A DNA stretch of 64,000 nucleotides. It comes from a virus. The position numbers were made by a program, and so were the translations under genes. This document shows positions 56,682-64,000 of the stretch, in pieces; position 1 is the stretch's first letter; each line of letters begins with the position of its first letter. The notes below the pieces were generated by a model. It was not told where the DNA came from, ran no database searches, and worked only from the letters and a program-made list of their open reading frames with translations. The stretch lies in IMG/VR virus record IMGVR_UViG_3300027902_000006, positions 1-64,000 of that record; one strand, 5' to 3'.

Positions 56682-58092
56682 TTCTCTTGAGTTTCGTTTT
56701 AGTCATCTCTTGAATGTATTTCTTTGTTTCTTCCCCAAAAGCATTTTCTATCATACGTAGATAGCCCGGATTAGTGAAATATGTATTAAAGGCATAGTCT
56801 CTATACTCTATGACTTCGTGAGGTTCAAGATAGTTAGTTGGTAAAGGAAGACTCTCAGGTGAATACTGACTATAACCTTCCCAAGTTGCAGGAAGCGGCC
56901 ATCCTTTTGCCCTAACTTCTTCGTAGAGTTTACTTCCTGGGTACGCCATAGTACAGTAAAAATTAGACCATTCTGCGTAAATGGATTGTGCTAAGTGTAG
57001 AGTTTGCTGCATGGTGGGATAAGAATCATTCTCGAAACCAAACATCCAGTTGGCATTGATATGGATTTCGGCGTGTTGAGTCATCTGGGCTACTCGTCTT
57101 ATTTTATCTGTCCAATCTCCATGACTCAATGTCTTTTCACACTCATATGCTATGGCGTTATTTCCAGTCTCAAATCCATAGCACAACCACTTAACTCCAA
57201 TAGATCTGAGATTGTTTAGCATGTCGTCATCTACTGTCGATACGCTGGCGTATGCCCAAATATTCAATTCTTTCTCTAAGTTGAATTGCGTTTCTCTGGC
57301 TTTTGCTTTTAGTGCCGAACAGATATCACTTACATGTTTCTTATTCAGAGTAAAATTTTCATCTAGAATACGAATATTTCTAACTCCAACCCTATCTATC
57401 CACCAGAAGATTTCTTCCACAACTTTCTTAGGATCTTTAAATCTCACTCCTCTAGAGTTATTAAACATTGCATGGATAACACAGAATGAACAACTGTACG
57501 GACATCCGAGACTTGTGAATAGCACACCGTATGGACTTCTCCCTTGGAGATTTCCAAAGCAATGCCAATTGTGTGCTCTATACTTTTCAACAGGTAGTAA
57601 ATCCCAAGCCGGAAATGGAAGTTGATTCAAGTCAGCAAGCGTCTCGGTATAGACTATACCCTCAAGGGATTCTCGCTTAGAGACAATATCGAAACCCTCG
57701 CCCACTATTATACCAGTAACTCCCAAGGAGTTCATCGTCTGTTCGGGTAAAGCAGAAGGATGTAAGCCGTGTAGAATCGTTGGAATCCCGAATAGTTTTA
57801 GGGCTTCCACCAAATCAACGGCACCTCTCATACTCTGAGTAGAAGCAGATGGATTATGTCCACACACAGAGATAATTACTGATCGAGGACGAGCCGTAGA
57901 TAATCTAAGGGCTAGTTCGGAAACACTTAAATTCTCTATCTCGTTATCGAGTAGCATAACATCCTGTCCACTTTGACGAATACACGCAGCCAGTAGAGCC
58001 GCCCAGATTGGCGGCTCTACTGCAGTAAGATTGGAGTCTTCTAGGACTCCGTATATCTTCTGTTTACTATTGGGTCTGACTATTGCAATCAT
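56674..58092 (-). CDS. cobalamin-binding radical SAM enzyme
   Basis: EPPIWAALLA, GLHPSALP, GEG, TSLGCPYSCSFC, DENF, MAYPGS.LY. Confidence 0.93.
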   Translation of the reverse strand: MIAIVRPNSKQKIYGVLEDSNLTAVEPPIWAALLAACIRQSGQDVMLLDNEIENLSVSELALRLSTARPRSVIISVCGHNPSASTQSMRGAVDLVEALKLFGIPTILHGLHPSALPEQTMNSLGVTGIIVGEGFDIVSKRESLEGIVYTETLADLNQLPFPAWDLLPVEKYRAHNWHCFGNLQGRSPYGVLFTSLGCPYSCSFCVIHAMFNNSRGVRFKDPKKVVEEIFWWIDRVGVRNIRILDENFTLNKKHVSDICSALKAKARETQFNLEKELNIWAYASVSTVDDDMLNNLRSIGVKWLCYGFETGNNAIAYECEKTLSHGDWTDKIRRVAQMTQHAEIHINANWMFGFENDSYPTMQQTLHLAQSIYAEWSNFYCTMAYPGSKLYEEVRAKGWPLPATWEGYSQYSPESLPLPTNYLEPHEVIEYRDYAFNTYFTNPGYLRMIENAFGEETKKYIQEMTKTKLKRNV

Positions 58093-58328
58093 TCCTCGCT
58101 CAGTGGCTCCCCTTCATCATGCAAAAACATATTATGAGCTAATCCAACCACTACGCCGTACCATTCTAAGGGGTCATCTATTCTACCGTGGACAATTCTG
58201 CGTATCCCCTCTTTCGTCGAATAGATCACACATATCTCGCCGATGTCATCAACTATTTCATTAAGTTGTTCTAAAACACGATAATTCTCACTTAGATCAA
58301 GACGGACAACCTTCCTAGACTTTTTCAT
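58089..58328 (-). CDS. hypothetical protein
   Basis: coupled to both neighbours. Confidence 0.55.
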   Translation of the reverse strand: MKKSRKVVRLDLSENYRVLEQLNEIVDDIGEICVIYSTKEGIRRIVHGRIDDPLEWYGVVVGLAHNMFLHDEGEPLSEE

Positions 58329-59329
58329 CAGTTCCTCCGAAAGAGTTTAAGTAAGTCGGGTTCATGGGTCAATGAAGATGTGAACTGTGGGAGACGCCAC
58401 GGAAAAGGATACGTCTTTAAACTATCCGAATATGTATCTATACCTTGTTGTAAGTTAGGATACTTTTCAACGAATTTAAGTAAGAGAGTCATTAATAGAT
58501 TAAGCCAAACTTCACGTTCATAGAACTCCTTCGCGTCTTTAGCGTTCATCCCACCTTCGATGAGATATTTGAGAATAACTGTTCGCATCACTTTTGCTGA
58601 CGGAGAGTAGCTACTATCTGTAATTGCTTCGAACGGATTGAGATTCTTCTGAACATAATTTCCATCGTCGTGTCTGAGAATAGCTTGATATAACGACTTT
58701 TTTAAAGCGTCTTTAATCTTCCCACTCATGGCAGAGATTGCACAAGGGAGAACCTCTGCACCTAACCATTGATTCGGCATCAGGTGAGCGTACTTAAACA
58801 TCTGATTCCACGTCTCTGTTCGATGTACGTAGTACGTAGTCTTACGGTTCATCCTTAAGTATGTTATTAGGCGGTCTTCAATGTAAGGAGTCTCTAACTC
58901 TAGACAGGAGATGTAGTGCATCCCTAGAGTTTCTCCATGTTGTGTCTTTGTACATTTAGTACCACTTGCTGCGATATAATCTTGATTCATCTTTAGGAAT
59001 TCAACACATTCAGAAAGTCCGCGTTTAATAACAACGTCGTTCTCGGTGCAACTCAGCACATATGGAGTATCTATCATACTTCTGATTGATTGAATCACCG
59101 CTCCCTCATGTTTTCCTTCACAACACACAAGAGTGATATTAAGTCCTCCCAGTAGGCCGTTCCTCCGTACAGTTTGGATAGCTTTAATACTTCTCCCGGT
59201 ACTGGAATCAGCTAGAATAATCCGACCACGGAAGCGTTTCTTGATATAGTAATTTATCGAAGTTTGGAGACTCCGATGTCTATTCTTAGTCGGGATAATG
59301 ATGGTAACTAGTTCTTCATTATTATACAT
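58328..59329 (-). CDS. GT2 glycosyltransferase (TIGR00180-like)
   Basis: TIIIPTKNR, IILADSS, TPYV...DV, Y.VHRT. Confidence 0.8.
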   Translation of the reverse strand: MYNNEELVTIIIPTKNRHRSLQTSINYYIKKRFRGRIILADSSTGRSIKAIQTVRRNGLLGGLNITLVCCEGKHEGAVIQSIRSMIDTPYVLSCTENDVVIKRGLSECVEFLKMNQDYIAASGTKCTKTQHGETLGMHYISCLELETPYIEDRLITYLRMNRKTTYYVHRTETWNQMFKYAHLMPNQWLGAEVLPCAISAMSGKIKDALKKSLYQAILRHDDGNYVQKNLNPFEAITDSSYSPSAKVMRTVILKYLIEGGMNAKDAKEFYEREVWLNLLMTLLLKFVEKYPNLQQGIDTYSDSLKTYPFPWRLPQFTSSLTHEPDLLKLFRRN

Positions 59330-60226
59330 TTAGTCTACCAGAAGAGAAAGAAGATTTTCCTTGTCCAGTCCGTATTGTTTCCGTATATTTTCACGCCCTC
59401 CATACTCATATGTATATCCTAAGTTCCGGTCAACCTTAAGATGTATCATCGGGGGGAATCCAAATTCTTTTGTAAGTTGCTCGTAGAGAGGACTTTGGAA
59501 GTTTTCCTCTGCCAAAATTATACGACAGGCTTGGACTCTATACATGAAGGGAAGTAATTTTTTGAGTTCTTCTCCTAAACCCAGTTTCCACGGGAAGGTG
59601 TGAATATCTATTAATGTACAAGGACTCCCATAGAAGGAGTGTACTAAGTCTCCTTGTGTAAAGACAACCGTTCTCCAAGCAGGATTGAATTGCACAATAT
59701 GATAGCCAACATCGAAGAACGTCAGTTTATTGTATATAGGCTCTCTCACGGCTCTATCTAGACGGATGTAGGTAGGACCTTGAGGAACCTTGGCGACTCC
59801 AACTGCCATGACAGAGTCCGTTACTGTTATGACAGTCATATGGGGAAGAGTCGCCAAGATAGAGAAGTCTTCTAGTGTATGATGAGTGGGACCGGAGTCC
59901 TCATAACTAAATCCAGCCCCCACTCCAATCATAGTAATAGGCATATTGTGGGCACAGGGTCCGAGTTTAATTTGTTCATAGCATCGGAGACTGATAAACG
60001 GAGCTATGGCGTAGGTAAAAACCTTCTTACCGGCTCTAGCTAAGCCAACAGCTATGCCGATAGCATTAGCCTCTGCTATTCCAACGTTAATATACTGATG
60101 TGGGAGTTCCAACCTCCACTGATCCAAGGCTGGCGCTCCCATATCAGCACTGACTAAGATGATATTTCTATCGTTCTTAGCTTGTTGAAATAACTTATTG
60201 AAATAAGCGTCTCTTTGGGAGATCAA
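59330..60226 (-). CDS. transketolase C-terminal (pyrimidine-binding) subunit
   Basis: QRDAYF, SADMG, NVGIAEAN, RCYEQIK, GPTHH..ED, YIRLDR. Confidence 0.92.
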   Translation of the reverse strand: MISQRDAYFNKLFQQAKNDRNIILVSADMGAPALDQWRLELPHQYINVGIAEANAIGIAVGLARAGKKVFTYAIAPFISLRCYEQIKLGPCAHNMPITMIGVGAGFSYEDSGPTHHTLEDFSILATLPHMTVITVTDSVMAVGVAKVPQGPTYIRLDRAVREPIYNKLTFFDVGYHIVQFNPAWRTVVFTQGDLVHSFYGSPCTLIDIHTFPWKLGLGEELKKLLPFMYRVQACRIILAEENFQSPLYEQLTKEFGFPPMIHLKVDRNLGYTYEYGGRENIRKQYGLDKENLLSLLVD

Positions 60227-60683
60227 TTTTTGCCTCCGATTCCATAACTTGTGACCGACGGCAGATATCTCGTAAACAATTGTCTTTTCTCCATAGGGGA
60301 TTGTATTTTTTATAACGCTGTGCTGGATCTCCCCTGAAAAGCCTAGTCGCCCATTCTATTTGTAGAACAGGTGTATACATGACTTCAGGAGGAATGCGTC
60401 CATTTGGCCAAGTTAGACTTTTTCTGAATCCACACGGACCTTGAAAAGAGCTACTTAGAGACCCACCATTCCAGCCATTTCCTTCGATGTCAATAACGGC
60501 GGCTATAAAGAATGGATCAGTATTATTTTGTTTACAACCGCGTTTGACTGCTTCCCACCAATCGCTTGGCATTACTCTTCCATTGCGTGCTCTAGGGGGT
60601 AAGGTATGATCCCACCATTCGGCTTGAGCAGGTAAAGAATTAAAAGTTAAAAGCAAACCAAGGGCCACAGCGGCCCACCTCAT
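60195..60683 (-). CDS. secreted lytic-transglycosylase-like protein
   Basis: signal peptide (AQA); DPFFIAAVIDIEG...KYN. Confidence 0.55.
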   Translation of the reverse strand: MRWAAVALGLLLTFNSLPAQAEWWDHTLPPRARNGRVMPSDWWEAVKRGCKQNNTDPFFIAAVIDIEGNGWNGGSLSSSFQGPCGFRKSLTWPNGRIPPEVMYTPVLQIEWATRLFRGDPAQRYKKYNPLWRKDNCLRDICRRSQVMESEAKIDLPKRRLFQ

Positions 60684-60735
60684 TCATACACTCCAGTTAG
60701 ATTGTTTTTCATAGCTTCCTCCTGTGTTTAAACAC

Positions 60736-61125
60736 TTATTGTATTACGTTCAGTCCATTAGTAGTTCTCCATCGAATCCATTTTTCTTTGGAAAGTGGAG
60801 TGACCGGTTGAGTTGAATGTGAATTGTAATACTGCAAACCGATCAGATAATTCTCGTACTGATTCGCGCTAGCCGCGGAATCAAGCATCTGTTTTTCCAC
60901 ATTGTTACGATTTTTGATAGCCGAACCAATTAGAAGAGCCGCGACAAGTCCGAGAGCCATTGCTCCACCCGCGGCACCTGCTGCGTAACCCGGAGATACT
61001 CCGTACCTAAAGCCATAACCATAACCGTAACCAGGATAACAACCAGAACGCCAAGCAAAAGCAGGTGTTACTACTGCGAATGTTAAAGATGCACACACAC
61101 TGAGAGCTATAAGTTTCTTCTTCAT
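60736..61125 (-). CDS. secreted/membrane glycine-rich protein
   Basis: signal peptide, GYGYG, AAGAAGGAMALG. Confidence 0.65.
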   Translation of the reverse strand: MKKKLIALSVCASLTFAVVTPAFAWRSGCYPGYGYGYGFRYGVSPGYAAGAAGGAMALGLVAALLIGSAIKNRNNVEKQMLDSAASANQYENYLIGLQYYNSHSTQPVTPLSKEKWIRWRTTNGLNVIQ

Positions 61126-61126
61126 G

Positions 61127-61249
61127 TTAGTCCCCCGCTCGTAGTATAGCGCCTATGATAACAAGAGACAGAGTTAATAGTATGATTATCTCACTAGCAC
61201 GTAGAAAATACTCAAATGGAATACCGAAGAAAGTTAATCCATGAAACAT
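61127..61249 (-). CDS. small membrane protein (40 aa, not in ORF track)
   Basis: AAGGAGG RBS; single TM. Confidence 0.55.
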   Translation of the reverse strand: MFHGLTFFGIPFEYFLRASEIIILLTLSLVIIGAILRAGD

Positions 61250-61263
61250 AATGCCTCCTTTTT

Positions 61264-61635
61264 TTAGTCGTATGTGTAGAAATCTACACTACCTATTTTA
61301 GTGTGACAAAATGCTTGAGAAAGTGGTTTAATCCAAACGACCCTTCCGTTGATTTGTGACCAGATCCAAAGTTTAAAGAGTTTTCTCCAAGGCCATGTCA
61401 GAAAAGCTCGTATCGGGGCGTTATACTCTAGGACGCGTTCATATTTGAGGAAGTCCGCCCATACTGTATTATAGCCAACTACTGAGACAGAAGACGGACC
61501 CTTCTTGACTGCTAGAGTAAACTTAGCTCCATCTTTCCAATACTGAGCTACAACATTCCCACACGTACAGCGAGTGGCGTTATAGCTAACTTCAATAAGG
61601 TAGTCGTTACACAGTCGGCATTTAACAATCTTCAC
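61264..61635 (-). CDS. zinc-ribbon hypothetical protein
   Basis: CRLCND...CTCGN. Confidence 0.6.
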   Translation of the reverse strand: MKIVKCRLCNDYLIEVSYNATRCTCGNVVAQYWKDGAKFTLAVKKGPSSVSVVGYNTVWADFLKYERVLEYNAPIRAFLTWPWRKLFKLWIWSQINGRVVWIKPLSQAFCHTKIGSVDFYTYD

Positions 61636-61684
61636 TACTTCTTTCCCTTTCGACGCCGTCTTCTATTCCGTCGCTTCTTACTGC

Positions 61685-62698
61685 CTATTTTTCGACGGCC
61701 TGTTCTTCGTTTGGTTGCCATTCAAGTTTCCCGAGCACCTTGCTCCACCACTTCTTATAATTGTATTCCTCTGTCGCTCTTTTCCAACCATTCGCAGCGA
61801 TTTCAAGACGTTTCTTGGGATATCTCAAATAGTCTTTAATCTTTTTAGTGAGATCATCGTAGTTGGGTTCCTCCCCGTTCATCTCATAAGCAACATAGTC
61901 AACATCTGGAATGAACCAACGGTTCAACTGAGAGGTCTTTGCTGCCATCAACATAGTACCAGAGAGAGTAGTTTCCCATGCTCTCCCTTTATGATGGTAT
62001 GGAGTAAAGTCTAACATTATTTTACAGTTTCGCATATACCCTGCGTAGTCCTGAGCTGAGAGTTTATCCTCTCGCTGACCCCCTGAGTGACTCACAACGA
62101 TACCTCTTCTTTGTAACTCAGCAAAAGCCTTGACTCGTTCTGGCCTATTATCAAGGCTTCCGGCGTGGGCTACATCTATGGGACGTTCGCTTACCGGATC
62201 TCCGTAATAGAGTTCAGGATTCTGTGGAGTCCACATAGCCATAAGACTCTCGGGTGAGTCTTTGAATGTATAATCCATTGTCAGACTCAAATTAACATAC
62301 GGATAGAGAAGTTGAATCATGTGTTGACTTGTTTCCCATGTAGAGTCCCACCAGATAGTACATGTTCTCAGTTTCGGATTGATGCGCTTCATTCTATGGA
62401 ACGTAAGAATATCTGGATTGAATGGGCCAATAGGATCAGACGGCCCTAACTTTCCTACTAACCAAGTGTATATAACGATGTCAACCTTATGTTCTGCAAC
62501 AATCGTCAAAAGTTCAGAATCGGCCTTTTCTCCGTTTTGGAGAAACCAATCATCGAAGTGAAGAACTCTATGCTCCTCGGCAAATCCAGTTAGAGCTAGA
62601 GTATCAAAGAGGTTGTGATAAGAATTAGTCAGCCCAAACTCAGGGTTGTTAGAAGGCCATTTTTCTGTTACAAATAACACGTTGGGTTTCAAAAACAC
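61685..62698 (-). CDS. glycosyltransferase (GT-B, CgeB/Glyco_trans_1_2-like)
   Basis: DVAHAGS, KGRAWET...G, F.PDVDYV.Y, RLEIAANG. Confidence 0.85.
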   Translation of the reverse strand: MFLKPNVLFVTEKWPSNNPEFGLTNSYHNLFDTLALTGFAEEHRVLHFDDWFLQNGEKADSELLTIVAEHKVDIVIYTWLVGKLGPSDPIGPFNPDILTFHRMKRINPKLRTCTIWWDSTWETSQHMIQLLYPYVNLSLTMDYTFKDSPESLMAMWTPQNPELYYGDPVSERPIDVAHAGSLDNRPERVKAFAELQRRGIVVSHSGGQREDKLSAQDYAGYMRNCKIMLDFTPYHHKGRAWETTLSGTMLMAAKTSQLNRWFIPDVDYVAYEMNGEEPNYDDLTKKIKDYLRYPKKRLEIAANGWKRATEEYNYKKWWSKVLGKLEWQPNEEQAVEK

Positions 62699-62702
62699 TC
62701 CT

Positions 62703-62909
62703 TTACCAGCTCTTTCCGTCTAGATATGTATGGATATAATCAATAAAGTTTTCAACTGCTCGGTGTTCGGATGGAAACCCAGAAAGTCCCTCGTTTCCTG
62801 TTTCATCCCAAAACCCATAACTTAGTCTTGTTCCCTCTTTCTCGACAAAAATATACGGACGATGGCGCAGAGAAAAAACATCCTTTCCAACTCGGTCATC
62901 AGTAGTCAT
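62703..62909 (-). CDS. hypothetical protein
   Basis: AGGA RBS; FWDET. Confidence 0.6.
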   Translation of the reverse strand: MTTDDRVGKDVFSLRHRPYIFVEKEGTRLSYGFWDETGNEGLSGFPSEHRAVENFIDYIHTYLDGKSW

Positions 62910-62924
62910 CTTGATATCCTAATT

Positions 62925-63067
62925 ACGGTGGGTCGGATTCGATACCGACTTGGGCAGATTCAACCAGAGCGTCCGACTCGAAAAAAAGCCTGCTCTTGGC
63001 AGCTTACGGCTCAACTCTACTGCCCCATAGGCGTGATAGTCTCGGTTCCCCGCCGAGTCGCCACCAT
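62925..63067 (-). ncRNA. tRNA-like structured RNA candidate
   Basis: 7-bp terminal stem ATGGTGG/CCACCGT stacked on T-arm-like GTCGG-TATCGAAT-CCGAC; no canonical cloverleaf. Confidence 0.45.
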
Positions 63068-63073
63068 GTTATC

Positions 63074-63883
63074 TTAATCTAAATCTACCCAACCACTTTT
63101 GAGTAGAACCCAAAAGTCATCGGCTTGGTTACTATCGAAATACCAGTACGGGAGATATCCATATCCTTTGTCTCCCCAACTAGTTCCCCATGAGTTACGA
63201 ATAATTACATTCCCTTTATTATCGTCAAAACCAACGGCTGATATAGCATGACCGCCAACAGTAGGTTCGCCACTTTTAGGAGTGGGGATAACCCCAGTGT
63301 TACCTACATCTGGATTGTCTATACTCTTATAACAGGTAAAGCCGAACGCAACTGGAGTCTTCGTCTTAAGAAACGATTTTATTTGAGCTAACGAAGTAAG
63401 TTTAATATAGTTTAACCCTTTATAGGACTGTGCCATAGCATAGGCATCAGGAGGTGGTTCTATATCAAACTTAGTCTCATCGTAGGGCCAAATCCATTCA
63501 GGAGGACTACCGATGGCAGCTAGTGCCTTAATAGTAGTTCTGATTTCAGAGCCCGTATCTCCAATGGCAACTGGACCACGAGTTTTATAGTAGAGCTTGC
63601 GGCTAACGCGGTAAAGGAAAAGCCTTGAGTGGTCCAAATATTTACCAAAGCTTTGGCGTTCACCATATTCCAAGATACCCGTAACGGCATGTGCCGTACA
63701 CGACCCGAGGTTTCCCTGATCCTCAATCGGACTAAGAAATCCTGTCGATCTAAGATCAACCCGGGAGACAGCGAGATCGGCTCCCATTGCGAGTAGTTTA
63801 GTGGTAGTCGGAGGATGTGGAATATCACCCACACCGAAGTCTCTGACGTCCGGTAAATCCCGAATCCATCCAGTACCTTTCAT
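63074..63883 (-). CDS. papain-family (C1A) cysteine peptidase
   Basis: DQGNLGSCTAHA, GGHAI..VGFD, RNSWG..WGDKGY. Confidence 0.95.
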   Translation of the reverse strand: MKGTGWIRDLPDVRDFGVGDIPHPPTTTKLLAMGADLAVSRVDLRSTGFLSPIEDQGNLGSCTAHAVTGILEYGERQSFGKYLDHSRLFLYRVSRKLYYKTRGPVAIGDTGSEIRTTIKALAAIGSPPEWIWPYDETKFDIEPPPDAYAMAQSYKGLNYIKLTSLAQIKSFLKTKTPVAFGFTCYKSIDNPDVGNTGVIPTPKSGEPTVGGHAISAVGFDDNKGNVIIRNSWGTSWGDKGYGYLPYWYFDSNQADDFWVLLKSGWVDLD

Positions 63884-64000
63884 TTTGTTACTAAACCTCC
63901 CTCTTTAAACTGTCGCTCTAATTCATAGGTTTTCTTCAATTTAGTAGTAGCCGGAACTACTTGGTTAATAGTAGTAATCGCTTGTGGAAATTCTACGGTC

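Noticed and set aside
1-64000. Stop-codon reassignment, integrase/att sites, canonical tRNA or rRNA genes
   Set aside because: Genes are full length and tightly packed in the standard code, using all three stops. No recombinase or canonical cloverleaf was recognised by eye.

Overview
A 64-kb segment of a tailed dsDNA phage with siphovirus-like organisation, read in the standard genetic code. Positions 4.7-54.4 kb (+) hold the virion operon: terS, terL, portal, minor head, scaffold, major capsid, neck, tail tube, frameshifted chaperones, tape measure, lambda M/L/K/J-like tail tip and fibres. This operon is interleaved with about 7 glycosyltransferase-like genes, 5 SAM methyltransferases, 2 radical SAM enzymes, wbpB/wbpD, several Lys-rich microproteins and an 830-aa protein with about 580 aa of Ser-Pro-Ser-X repeats. 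Positions 54.4-64 kb (-) hold accessory genes: split transketolase, B12 radical SAM, two more glycosyltransferases, an alginate-lyase-like protein, an SLT-like protein, a papain-like protease and a tRNA-like element. The most striking signal is in the first 3.5 kb. An 803-bp island (2546-3348) covers a sigma54-like promoter, a gene and a hairpin, yet contains no GpT and only one ApC (about 100 expected), so its protein has no Val or Thr. A second, divergent GT/AC-free stretch (181-347) begins at an equivalent inverted boundary motif. Both lie next to GT-saturated simple repeats. My inference is a dinucleotide-targeted DNA modification or defence that early transcription units have evolved to escape. 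A GIY-YIG element that displaced and replaced the 3' end of a glycosyltransferase gene is also visible. All functional calls come from motif reading by eye; no database searches were run.
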